Source: Macrostomum lignano
Lineage: Eukaryota
DNA: 64,000 nucleotides
Direction of reading: 5' to 3'
Assembly: GCA_002269645.1 (NCBI GenBank)
Contig: NIVC01001802.1
Location: forward strand, 1-64,000
The translations under genes were made by a program, and so were the position numbers. Each line of letters opens with the position of its first letter. Positions within the stretch are counted from its first letter, which is position 1. The notes beneath the pieces were generated by a model that saw only the letters and a list, made by a program, of their open reading frames with translations, ran no database searches and was not told the origin of the DNA. Positions 1 through 12,465 of the stretch are shown here, piece after piece.

Positions 1-169
1 TCCTCCTGACTTTTCATCTGTGATGCTGTGTCTTTGTTCATTACACTGAACTATTTGCTGCGTGGGATCGATTTTTACTTTGACACCTTTAATTGATATA
101 ATAACCTGGTTTCTTTGATTCAATGATTTTATTGAGTTTATTGATGGTTCTAGTTTCAATCTTTGTCAT
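1..169 (-). pseudogene. Degraded ORF downstream of the integrase (MTKIETRTINKLNKIIESKKPGYYIN..., frameshifted); runs off the window; unknown product
   Basis: ATG at 169 on the minus strand in AT-rich virus-like context. Stop after 26 codons, with a plausible continuation in another frame (IKGVKVKIDPTQQIVQCNEQRH). Confidence 0.35.
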
Positions 170-184
170 TTTTTATTTTAATAT

Positions 185-1221
185 TTAATTAATTTCTGTG
201 TCAGCTGGTATCACTAGGAGTTCAGCTCTAGTGAATGACGCGCGTGGGGATTTTAGGGTTAAAGGCTTGAGATAAAAAGTAATAGTCACCGGAGTCGGAG
301 GTAAAATGTCTGTCTATTTTATGCACATCAAGGCTGAAGTATGGATTGTAGCTCTTCTTTTGGTGTCTTCTCTAGCTCTCCAGGTAGATATAAAAAGCGT
401 AGAAACTCAGAGTTTGTCAGTATGTATGGTGATTCAACTCCTGGAAGCTTAGGGTAGTTCGAGGTGTGTTTTGTGTTTGTGTGTGTGTGTTGTGTGGGGT
501 TGTCGTGTTGTTGTCTGTTCTATGAGATGCCTTAAGTTCGACAGTGTCTTGTTTAATTGCATGGGATGGTTTCAATCCAGTCATCGTGTGACTTCATTGT
601 TCAGTTGCTCTATAACAGTGGGAGTCTTTCTGTCCACTTGGTATAGTACTGCCGCCGCACTCAGTTTGAGTTCTTGCGCTGTCTGCTTAGTGAATAGTCT
701 CTTGGCTAGAGTTAGATTGAATCTTCCACAAAAAGCCTGGTCTCTGTGCAAGTTTGTTCTGCATATGCGAATCTCTGTGTTTTTCTTTTCCATAAGGGAT
801 TTCACTACACCCATGAATTCCTTACCCGGTCGGTCATAAAGATTTGGGGGTATGTGAGCGAGAGTTTTATAATATCTTGCAGTGCGCTGGCAACAACCTC
901 TGACTTCTTCGTCTTGAGTGGGCGAGCTTCCTTATATCTGGAAGCAATGTCAATAATTGTAAGAGCATACTTGTAGCCTGAGTCGTTGGGGAGAAACAAA
1001 AGATCTGCTTGGTGCGCTTCATTAGGTTTATAAATACTGAAATGGGGCCTTTCAAATTTTACTGGTGGGAAATAGACTTGAAAGACAGCCTGCTTAGAGA
1101 GCCATTTTTCTACTGTAGCTTTTGGCTCTTTACTCAGCTCCATGAGTTTACTAACAGCATTTTTGCCTACAAAGAATCCTTTGTCGCTGTAGTAGAGTTT
1201 TTTAAGTTTCTGATCTGTCAT
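185..1221 (-). pseudogene. Polinton/adintovirus-type retroviral-like (rve) integrase, multiply frameshifted
   Basis: ORF 805-1221: LKKLYYSDKGF...WLSKQAVFQV...PNEAHQADLLFLP...YKYALTIIDIASRYKEARPLKTK...PQIFMTD. ORF 581-814 continues with HRDQAFCGRFNLTLAKRLF. Further frames give (R)MTGLKP, RFLYLPGELE/RRAT-PYFSLDVHKI and RSFTRAELLVIPADTE, the typical C-terminus of Polinton-type integrases. Confidence 0.85.
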
Positions 1222-1251
1222 TTATTTAAAAAGAAAATTTTAAATAAAATA

Positions 1252-1714
1252 ATGCAGCGCTCTGGTGGTAAATAGATTCACATGGACTGATAGAAAAGCT
1301 TCCTCATCCAAACAAAGGCTGGACACTTCCCGGCTATAAATATTGCGGGCCTTTGAATCCTCTTGAAATACAGCTGGATGGAAACAACAACCCAAATCCT
1401 GGGCATGAGCCTGTGAACGAGCTAGACTCTGTCTGCATGTGGCATGACGTTAAATATAGAGATTTTCCTGAGGAGAAGAATCGTTGGGACAAAGAAATGC
1501 TTAAGAGACTAGACAATATAGGGGCTTCAGCGGATTTCGTGAGTCGATCGCTCGGAAGCTAGTTAAAGCTGTTATTTTTAGTAAGACAAAACTGGGGTTG
1601 GGGGTTCAAGGCAAAGGTGGGGTGGGTTTTGCATTGCACGCGCCAAGTCAAGAACTAGGAAGACTGTTGAAAGAGCTGGGGTTGAGAGAGCAGAATGATT
1701 CTCTCTCCACTTGA
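1252..1714 (+). pseudogene. Parvovirus VP1u-type phospholipase A2 (Polinton/adintovirus PLA2), two frameshifts
   Basis: ATG 1252 (MQRSGGK), shift near 1270, then HGLIEKLPHPNKGWTLPGYKYCGPLNPL...PVNELDSVCMWHDVKY (Ca-loop YxGP and catalytic HD). A second shift near 1535 gives RESIARKLVKAVIFSKTKLGLG, ending TGA 1712-1714. Confidence 0.85.
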
Positions 1715-1828
1715 GTGGAGCGAAAAGAAGCGAAGGCCAAAAGGCCAGAACGCAAAGGATTTTGGCCTCGAGTAAGGCCAAATTTTATCGCAAACTGGCC
1801 TTTTGGCCTTCGCTTCGCTTTTCTCCAC
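1715..1828. other. 114-nt imperfect hairpin with iterated GGCC motifs
   Basis: 1727-1748 (gaagcgaaggccaaaaggccag) is the perfect reverse complement of 1795-1816. Inner stem tttggcct/aggccaaa around loop cgagta; outer gtggag/ctccac. Confidence 0.9.
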
Positions 1829-2102
1829 ACAAGTGTACAGTCTTGAGCACACTGGTTTCGGCTACAATCTCTCTTTCCACCATGCTTCTCCTTCATGCTC
1901 CTCACCTCCTCACCCTATGCTTTGTCTATAGAGAAGTCTCACCCCTCACATTCACACGCCTCATGCTCTATCGTACACTGAGCTATATCGATTGTTTTCC
2001 CTGCTTGACTCCAAGATTGTACAGTCTGGAATTTTCTAGAATTTTCTACGGCTAGCTATATTTAAGCAAACACAGAAACACTCGGGCTGCTTCTCCCCAC
2101 AT

Positions 2103-2671
2103 ATGCCCTCAACTGCTACTGATAAACGGCGACTGCAAAATCTTAAGTCAAAACTACGGACTGCACAAAATGTGACAACCGCGTTGCACGCTGATAGCGA
2201 CCTCAAAACCTGTCCGCTAGAGACTATATATATAGTGTGGAATGAAAGTTCACTTCAGAGAAATACGGAATTTTTTAAATCAGTGCAGGTAAGACTCGAA
2301 ATTTGTGTTTTCTGTGTATTTCTGGGTACTTTTTTTATCATTAATCATGGCATTGTTTCATTTATTACTATTTGAAGGTGGTTAAAGACCTAAAGGAAAA
2401 GATTCAAATTAAAGAGAAGGAGTTGGAGAGCCGCGAGAGGGAAAACATCCCGCGTGGATGCGAATGCCCAGTGTGCTACAACTGGCTTTCGCCTTCTAGG
2501 AAGCTGGACTGCCCGCATTCGTTCTGCTTGAGATGTGTCCAAACTTTGTACAATGCGGCAGAAAATAGTATAACATGTCCAGAGTGTCGTGCGATAACAT
2601 CCAAGACGATCGATCAATTGCAAACAAATGTGGCAATGGAGAGAGCGATTGAAAGTCATCGAATAAATTAG
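2103..2671 (+). CDS. Two-exon C3HC4 RING-finger protein (about 159 aa; exons 2103-2288, 2378-2671), putative E3 ligase
   Basis: CAG|GTAAGA donor at 2289 and TTTGAAG|GTG acceptor at 2377 join in phase 0 with no stop. RING: CPVC-x11-CPHSFCLRC-x13-CPEC. TATATTTAAG at 2057-2066. Confidence 0.8.
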
Positions 2672-2707
2672 TTTCGATTTAAGATTCTGCAGTCGTCGTT
2701 TGTTAGT
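2669..2707 (-). repeat. Inverted copy of RING-gene codons 6-18 (2118-2156)
   Basis: 33/39 nt identical; encodes TNKRRLQNLKSKL versus TDKRRLQNLKSKL; preceded by its own ATG at 2713. Confidence 0.85.
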
Positions 2708-2787
2708 AAACATAAAACACCTTTACGAAAATAAAATATAATCTTAAATCTTAAATAAAATATAATGAGTCTTTGTTTCTTTTCTTT

Positions 2788-3346
2788 CTGTCAGGGATAA
2801 TGCTCTGATTCTGTCAGGGATAATATGGATGGATTTAATGGAATTATGGAGGACGTTTTGTGAGCGAGTGCGACCCCCCTTTTTTTCTGATTCTGTCAGG
2901 GATAATATGGATGGATTTAATGGGATTATGGAGGACGTTTTTGGAGCAGGTGCGACCCCCCTTTTTTTCTGATTCTGTCAGGGATAATATGGATGGATTT
3001 AATGGGATTATGGAGGACGTTTTCGGAGCGAGTGCGACCCCCCTTTTTTTCTGATTCTGTCAGGGATAATATGGATGGATTTAGGTGGATTATGGAGGAC
3101 GTTTTCGGAGCGAGTGCGACCCCCCTTTTTTTCTGATTCTGTCAGGGATAATATGGATGGATTTAGGTGGATTATGGAGGACGTTTTCGGAGCGAGTGCG
3201 ACCCCCCTTTTTTTCTGATTCTGTCAGGGATAATATGGATGGATTTAATGGGATTATGGAGGACGTTTTCGGAGCGAGTGCGACCCCCCTTTTTTTCTGA
3301 TTCTGTCAGGGATAATATGGATGGATTTAATGGGATTATGGAGGAG
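2788..3346. repeat. 82-bp tandem array, about 7 copies
   Basis: gattctgtcagg recurs at 2889, 2971, 3053, 3135, 3217 and 3299. Confidence 0.95.
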
Positions 3347-4495
3347 GTGAAAAATTTTGTCCCAGAAGCCCCCTCATGCCTTCTACTGGCCCGAGGCTGT
3401 ACGAGTGCAAAACAGGGACGCGGTGACAGTCAAGCGGGTGTTGCAGACAGTCTTTGCTAGGAACGGCGTGCCTCATGTGCTGGTCAGCGACAACGCCGCC
3501 GAGTTCCACGACGCCAATCTGATCGCCTGGCTGGAAAGAATCGGCTGCCGCGCCATCAAGACTCCCCCGCGACACCCTCCGTCTAACGGCTTGGCCGAGC
3601 GGATGGTCCAGTCTATCAAGAGAGCATCTGCGGCGTGGGACCAGTCCGAAAGCTACGAGTCGTTCCTGTCCAGGGTACTCCTAAACTACAGGTGTGTGCC
3701 GCATGCTGGGCGCCAGCAGAGCCCGTCACAGCTCATGGGTCGACAACTACGCAACCCGATAACCATGCGCACACCAATCGGAGCGAGCCTGTGGTACACG
3801 CCTGGAGATCAGCAGCGTCAGGAGCGAGCTGAGTTCGTCGTGCAGAAGGGAACCAACACCGCCCTAATCGCTCGTCAAGGCGGTCGCATCGCCCTGGCGC
3901 ATGCGGATCAGCTGAGACGTGTTGTAGAAGACCAGGTCCAGCCAAACCGATTCGGCCGGAGCCTACCTATCGAACTCGGTCAGGACCCGCCTGGCGAACT
4001 CGGTCAGGACCCGCCTGGCGAACTCGGTCAGGACCCGCCTGGCGAACTTGGTCAGGACCCGCCTGGCGAACTCGGTCAGGACCCGCCTGGCGAACTCGGT
4101 CAGGACCCGCCTGGCGAACTCAGTCGGGACCCGCCCACCGAATCCGAACAAGGCCCAAGTCAAACAGCAGTACGTCGCTACCCAGCTCGGTCAACGAGGC
4201 GTGCCCCCTATCCGTTTCGAAGGGGGGAGATGAGGCAGCGCTGGATTCTACCGCTGTACTTATGACTAAGTGACTAGCTGATTGACTATTGAAATATTGA
4301 CTGTACATCCAGTGTACCCACCACCCCGATTTCGTACCCCGTGCGCCCCGCCACCCCAATGCGTTAATAATTATATATTGAGCTTCGTTTGTGTTAGCAT
4401 CGTTTATGATTAATATATCGAGACTGAGACATCGTTTATTTACAATACCAAATCATCGTGTTGCTCAGTTGAACTCTTAATTAAACGACGCGACA
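3347..4495 (+). mobile_element. Ty3/Gypsy LTR retrotransposon 3' fragment: integrase core and C-terminus, PPT and 3' LTR (4231-4495)
   Basis: FARNGVPHVLVSDNAAEF...TPPRHPPSNGLAERMVQSIK (D,D35E region). 24-bp ELGQDPPG repeat at about 3970-4130. PPT aaggggggaga immediately precedes TG at 4231; candidate LTR ends ...gcgaCA at 4495. Confidence 0.85.
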
Positions 4496-4579
4496 TTCTC
4501 CATTTGAGGTTCTATAGAAGAGGTTCTATCTTCTATAGAACCTCTCAAATATCATTTCTCTACTATTATTGTTTAGACT

Positions 4580-5240
4580 GAGACTCTCATGCCTCCTCTC
4601 TCCTTTTTGGTCTCTCATCTCTTATCTTTCTTTTCTGCTCTAACTTTTATTTATCATCTCCTATCTCTCCTTTCTTTGCTCTTATATCTATTCTCTAATC
4701 TTTCATCTCTTCTTTCTACTCTATCATCTCTGCTCTTTTCCCTTATCTCTATTATATTATCTTCCATTTTTCCTTTCTTTGCTCTTATATATCTATTCTC
4801 TTCTTTCTCCTCTCTAATTTTTTATCTCTTCTCCTTACTTTTTCATCTTTTCTCATGTTCTTCATCTCTACTCTCTTATTTTTTCTCTTTTGTCTTTTGG
4901 CTCTACTCCCTCCTGTCTTCTCTCTTATCCTCTCTCCTCTCCCTTATCCCATTTCTTCTCTTTTCTCCTTCCTTTTTTTCTCTCTTCTCTTCTCTCTTCT
5001 CTTGTACTTGTATCTTTCTTCTGCTTTTTTATCTCTCTTCTATCCCTTTTCTTTTTTCTCTCTTCTTGCATTGTCTCTTTTATTTATTTTTGTTTCTTTT
5101 TTGCATCTCTTATCTTTATCTATTTTCTCTTCTATCTTATAGTCTATACTTTCTTTTTTCTTGTATCGCTGCTTTTATGTCATATCTATAGGCTTATTCT
5201 CTCTACCTTTTTGTATTGCACTGCATTTTTTACTGCATGA
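4580..5240. repeat. Pyrimidine-rich (TC) low-complexity tract
   Basis: Almost purely T/C; its ORFs are L/S/F-biased artefacts. Confidence 0.9.
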
Positions 5241-6951
5241 ATGAAAAAAACATTAATTTTCTTTCTGGTATAGGCCTATGCTTGCTTTGATCCAGACTAT
5301 AGGACCTAGTCCTATATAGTATATTGTAATTATATAAGCCTACTAATAGAAAAAAGAAATTAAAAAGACATTGTCATTGGTTATTAATAGCTAATAAAAA
5401 ATTGCAAAAACGTTTTTAAGGCTTTTTGTCACATCTATGAAATTCCATCTATGCAATTATATTATTGGATAAATAATAAAATACTAAAAAAATTAAGTTA
5501 GGCCTATCTATATATATCTACACACCTTTTACTAAGCCATCAAGACATGTTGTTAAGCATCTATTTTTTGCATGCAGGACTGCCTAGACTAGAGTAATTT
5601 AGAGTTAGGCCCTACTAAATAGTAAAACAAAATCAACTTGCTAAGAAAGTAAGATTGGCCTAAAATGATTAAACTGAGTAAAATTATGGAAAAGGCCAAA
5701 AGGTAAGTAAATGGAAAAAACTGTTAACTGTGCCTGTGTCAGCCAAAGAGTTAGAGACCCAAATTTCTATAGAGGCCTAATATAAAACCAAAAAACAAAC
5801 AAGCAGGAATATTGTTATTATAATATTACCACCAATACACCGCAATGTTTTCTCCATTAGTCCCATTTTACAGCAGTCCCTGCTGCTTAGTTTACAAGTA
5901 AGTATTCTTTTTGTTAGCAATTGGCACTTAGCAGCGTGGCAGGCACATTGCTGCTCGTTTGTTCAGAGATCTCAGCGCTGCAATTCGAATCACTTAAAAA
6001 ACAGTACGTTAAATTAGTGTAAGTTAAATCTTGGCTAAAAAGTACCTTATTTTAAACAAATGTTCTTATACTTTTTGTTACAAAAACAGAAATTGCTTAA
6101 TGACTTCTACTAGTGATTTATTTTTTTCTATATATTTGCGTACTTTATTTAAATATGCCTATTTGCATGTTGGTCAGCTTTAGTTTACATTTTAACTTAG
6201 TTATGCTATCGCATTTTTTGTGGATCTGGCTTATTTTGCCATTACCGCTTAGTAGACGCTTACCAGTCATCATTTTGTGTAGCAGCTGTACATGCACATA
6301 TTGTTGGCTGCTAGCTTCTGTTTAGTCAAAGAGATTATGCGCTCTTGTACTTTAAACAACAATATCAAAATCACGTTTGACTATATAGAAACTTGGAAAA
6401 CTTTTCTATTGTTGTATATTGTACATAAATTTTAGTAGCGAATCCGCTTCATGCCTTTATAGAAGTTTAATTAAAAAACAGCATTTTCCTTTTCTTGTAT
6501 GGCAAAAAGTTTGTGGTATATTGGTGAAGCGAAAAGGAAAAATTAATTATGATGTATGCAAATAAAAATGTTTTAGGATTTGAAATTACCTCACATATAC
6601 CAGTTCAAAAGTCTTAGAATAGATGCACATGCACATGCACAGGCACATGGTTTCAATATTTTGTTATCTCCCTTGTACTCAGATAATAATGGCCACCGAT
6701 GAGTTCATGGCTTTGTAATTTTATTATAGCGACTTAATCATGACAATATGTATTTTATTTACTACTTTAATTGCCTATGCTAAAAAATGTTGTGTAAAAT
6801 GTGTAAAATACCAAAATGTGTAAAATACCAAACACATATATATATATATCAGACCCTTCTGATGGAATTATTGGCATATTATATTTATTATCTAGTTTTT
6901 AAAATACATTAGTAGTAGTAGCAATAGTGAACTATGTAAATTGCTTTTTTC

Positions 6952-8259
<1,308 letters not shown>

Positions 8260-9539
8260 CGTCGGGTTGTCCATTTAGAACGGATGATGATGCTGTACTC
8301 ACCAGCCGCAGTCAGTCACTTTAACAAAACAGGGCATGTGGCTGAAAAGCTTTTTAATAATACTTTGTCAATGATTGCTGACTCGAGAGTTTTACTTTTG
8401 ATTTTCTGTTAAATGCCGTTTTTTAAGCCCCACTTTCTTGTTTTTGTAGACGCATATAAAATCATCGGTCAAATATAGCAAATTCTTACCGATTTTATAT
8501 CTGTTTCTATCCAAGCGATATTCGAATAAGTATACAAATCGGCAAGTTGGTCACGAACCTTTTTTATTCTATCAGTGGAGCGACAGCAACTGTTAACGTG
8601 AATATCTGTAGAAAGTACTAACAAGGTCATAATGCAGCATTCCATGATGGCTATAATAACGTACTATATTCTCCTTATTTCTCTGACTGCCTGCCAATCA
8701 TTCCACAATTGGTCCTGCTTTCTTACCAAAATCGTGTTGTATGTTTAATATCAACTTATTCATAATTGTTTATCAACCATGTTTCTCTCGATTTTCTTCT
8801 GCTTTCTTTGTTCTTCATAGTTTTTGTGGCACCCCAGCTAAAGCTGTTTTTATGTCGGCTGTGAGCACCCTCGCTGTGTAGAGTACAGGTAACACATTAT
8901 GTGCTACGCTATTGTACGGGCTACAGGTCATGTTACTATGCTAGGCCTTGATGTTGTCGTTTTATTTAACTTTGACTGCCGGCTCTGAATTACCGTCCAA
9001 TAGAACTCAATTTTAGCCCTTATATACCTATGCTGTTCTATTGCTCTTTCTAAAACTTCAGTTTTCACTAGCTGCCCCTGTTGTTAAAAACGTATCTTTG
9101 AAGTTCAAATTTACCTAACAAAAATAATATATTCTAAAATCTGGATTTAACCTCAACAAAACTGTACCTTCCCTTGCTTTGGGATTGGTACATGGAAAGC
9201 ATTCAATGAGATAAGTGTTAAAAACACAAAATGGCTGTGTTATTCTAACCATTGCGAGTCGTACGTCTTGACTTATTCTAAACTAAACATTTGTTTAACC
9301 TTGAAACATCAAGGACTACTAAAGTAGATACGTGGCTTTAGTTGTCCGTGCTAAAACATTAACTCGATTCTTGTGTCTTAATTTTGAACCACCATTTAAC
9401 TCAAGCTGTATTTTTGAGCCATGCTTGGTTCTTTCTAAAACGATATTCCGCTCCTCGAAGTGGTGGGAACCACTTTACCACATTTTTGAAACGCCATGTG
9501 AAGCTCTAAAGCGCCATTTGGGAGCCCTGAGACTCCACT

Positions 9540-9900
9540 GAGGAGCTCAGAGACACCAGGAAGAGCTTTGACACACCATGAGGAGCTTTGAAACACCATG
9601 AGGAGCTCTGAGACACCATTGATGTGCTCTGAGACACCGTTGAGCAGCTCTGAGGCCCAATTGAGGAGTCTTGGGGCACAATGAAAAGCTCTGGGAAACC
9701 AAGAGGAAGGCCGAGGGAAAACAAAGAGCTCTGACACAATGAAGAGTCCTGGGGACACAATGAAGAGCCCTGGGGACACAATGAAGAGCCCTGGGGACAC
9801 AATGAAGAGCCCTGGGGACACAATGAAGAGCCCTGGGGACACAATGAAGAGCCCTGGGGACACAATGAAGAGTCCTGGGGACACAATGAAGAGTCCTGGG
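9540..9900. repeat. 21-bp minisatellite (acaatgaagagccctggggac) with degenerate 5' copies
   Basis: Visible tandem units; near-perfect from about 9735 to 9900. Confidence 0.9.
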
Positions 9901-10299
9901 GGTGAAGAGACCATGATATCCCATGCAACCGATGATACGGCCGCACAGCTTCGGCAGTACCTAGGCTAAATGCTACTGCATGCAATGCGCGCATAAGCCA
10001 AATGTACCGCTGGACGCAATTAATAAAGAAGCTCATTTAAGCAAATAGACAAAAATAATAGATTTCACAGATCAATGCCGCTCATTATTCGCGCCTGCCT
10101 GTATCAACTGGTCAGATTTACGCCTGTCTTTGGATTCCGAGTAGCGGGTATTTCTAATACTGTCTCAATAGGCTCTCGCGCCTAATGAGAATTCGTAGGC
10201 GTAGTTGCAAATGCTTAGATGCTTCTCAGTAACTGTCACTCTTCTCGCGTCTTATCCTATCCTCTCTGCAGACTCTTTTGGACTTGTAAGGTCCCTCTA

Positions 10300-10490
10300 G
10301 CCTTGATCTAGGGACTCTACTAGCACTGATCTAGGGACTCTACTAGCACTGATCTAGGGACTCTACTAGCACTGATCTAGGGACTCTACTAGCACTGATC
10401 TAGGGACTCTACTAGCACTGATCTAGGGACTCTACTAGCACTGATCTAGGGACTCTACTAGCACTGATCTAGGGACTCTACTAGCACTGA
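10300..10490. repeat. 23-bp tandem repeat, about 8 copies
   Basis: Unit tagcactgatctagggactctac. Confidence 0.95.
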
Positions 10491-10513
10491 TTCTAGCAGT
10501 GGGAAAAGAATAT

Positions 10514-10832
10514 GGACCAGAGGCGCCAGCACCAGAGGCGCCAGCACCAGAGGCGCCAGCACCAGAGGCGCCAGCACCAGAGGCGCCAGCACCAGAGGCG
10601 CCAGCACCAGAGGCGCCAGCACCAGAGGCGCCAGCACCAGAGGCGCCAGCACCAGAGGCGCCAGCACCAGAGGCGCCAGCACCAGAGGCGCCAGCACCAG
10701 AGGCGCCAGCACCAGAGGCGCCAGCACCAGAGGCGCCAGCACCAGAGGCACCAGCACCAGAGGCGCCAGCACCAGAGGCGCCAGCACCAGAGGCGCCAGC
10801 ACCAGAGGCGCCAGCACCAGAGGCGCCAGCCC
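10514..10832. repeat. 15-bp tandem repeat, about 21 copies
   Basis: Unit accagaggcgccagc. Confidence 0.95.
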
Positions 10833-11238
10833 CAGCTCAATCAATCAGTTGGGATCGTCTTCAATATGATTAATGCAAGCACGATTAGAGTTTGTGTGTT
10901 CAAAACACATCAGAGTCCATGAAAATGCTGCTTTTTCCAGAGAGATAAAGCAGACCTCAATAATTACTTTAGTTTTATTTAAGAAGAACAAGTTGGCGAG
11001 AAAATGTCTGTAGCTAACTGGCGTGGAAATGGCTACATAGGAAATCATCATCATGAAACGTGTACAATAAATTAATATTTCAGAGGAAACTTCGAGTAAG
11101 CCACCTAAAAATTTCAACAGTCTAACAAATAGTCAATTAATTTTTTGATGCTGTCAGGCTGGCCTTACTGACACACAGAAGAGGCAGGTGCGGTACGAGT
11201 ACAAACATTAGGTTAGGCATTGGAGGTAATTGAGGACA

Positions 11239-11452
11239 GGGACTCGGGGGCAAACTGGGGTCCGAAAATTGCATCAGAGCCAGACAGAACTAGATGTTTT
11301 TGAGAAGCTGACTCGGGGGCAAACTGGAGTCCGAAAATTGCATCAGAGCCAGACAGAACTAGATGTTTTTGAGAAGCTGACTCGGGGGCAAACTGGAGTC
11401 CGAAAATTGCATCAGAGCCAGACAGAACTAGATGTTTTTGAGAAGCTGACTC
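11239..11452. repeat. 69-bp tandem repeat, 3 copies
   Basis: Unit gactcgggggcaaactggagtccg...tttttgagaagct. Confidence 0.9.
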
Positions 11453-11519
11453 ACACTTGTTGATTTAGCGGTTAAAGCAACTGAAGGCGAGTAAAACGAC
11501 ATGAAAAATATGAAACATT

Positions 11520-11980
11520 TCAGGTGAGCATGAGAATCTCCAGCTGCTTGAAGCTGTAGAAGAACCCGTCAGTGATGTTTGTTGGAGCATTTGAAGCCCA
11601 AACGATGCCCTTGGCTCGGTCTGCAGCTGGCACATTCAGCGCTGTCGGGTATTTGAAGTACTTGCCGAACGGACCTGAGGCATGGCAGCATTTGTGCCAG
11701 TGAGGCTGGTACCTTTGGGCACATTTCTGTCCATTATTGCAGGTACTCAAGCCACGATCTCGAGTCTGAAACTGGATGTTCTTGCCACCGAACAAGTTCT
11801 GGTGAAGACCTCTAGCAGGCTCAAACGTGAATTCAGACACCGTGTAGTTGGTGCTCTCGGCCAGAATGAGCACGTTCAGGTAGTAGGCGTAGATGTAGGC
11901 GTCGTTCCAGTACAGCAGGTCGACGCGGAACCGGTTGTTGCTAGGCTGAGCGCTGGTCCGGGCGTGCAGCCACTCCAGGC
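11520..11980 (-). CDS. Duplicated terminal FReD exon (alternative last exon, or orphan copy, of the PAN-PAN-FReD gene)
   Basis: Acceptor cgccag|GC at 11980 (phase 1), open to TGA 11520. (G)LEWLHARTS...FRVDLLYWNDAYIYAYY...QTRDRGLSTC...CAQRYQPHWHKCCHASGPFG. Near-identical to 13032-13492. Confidence 0.75.
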
Positions 11981-12183
11981 CTGGCGTTACGAGATTTGCA
12001 GGTAAGAAATTCGCTTATAAATGAGCTAACTTGCTACAGGAAAATTGTCACATCCAGCAGACAGCAAAGGAAGATATAACAACATCGCAAATTTTTTATC
12101 TCAATGTTCTAAACAGTAATTTGACGGGACAATAGCCTTAAGAGCTGCTTTGAAAATAAAAAATAAAATAAAAAACTAACTTA

Positions 12184-12465
12184 TTACACCCGCTTCGATG
12201 GGCAAATGCGGAACTGACAGCTCAGCCGCAGCTATTGCGCGGCGCATCTGAAGGCTGCGTACGGCTGTTCAGTCCAAGGACTGGGGGGTCGCCACACACA
12301 CCCTCAATTACCCCAGCAATGCCATGGCACCCATTTTACAGCTGGGTGAACTGAAGCAATGCAAAGTTAAGTGTCTTGCTCAAGGACATAAAAATGTTTT
12401 AAATGGGTCTAGATTCGAACCCCTGACATTCCGGTCGTGAGTCAGATGCTCTAACCACCAGGCTA
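12184..12465 (-). mobile_element. tRNA-headed SINE, family 2
   Basis: Minus-strand head tagcctggtggttagagcatctgactcacgaccgg...ggttcgaatc (A/B boxes), then gtccttgagcaagacactt...cacccagctgtaaaatggg. Second copy at 44370-44631. Confidence 0.8.

Noticed and set aside
2788-3346. 82-bp array, and other regular arrays, as CRISPR
   Set aside because: Whole units repeat with no unique spacers; there are no cas genes and the context is eukaryotic.
4505-4551. Small hairpin atttgaggttctatagaaga...ttctatagaacctctcaaat next to the LTR end
   Set aside because: Short and isolated, with no supporting context; likely a repeat remnant.
4589-5240. Hydrophobic 95-200 aa ORFs resembling membrane proteins
   Set aside because: Compositional artefact of a T/C-rich tract.
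10458-10922. (EAPAP)n, (HQRRQ)n and (LAPLV)n ORFs as structural or adhesive proteins
   Set aside because: A 15-bp repeat open in several frames on both strands, with no signal peptide or convincing splice context.
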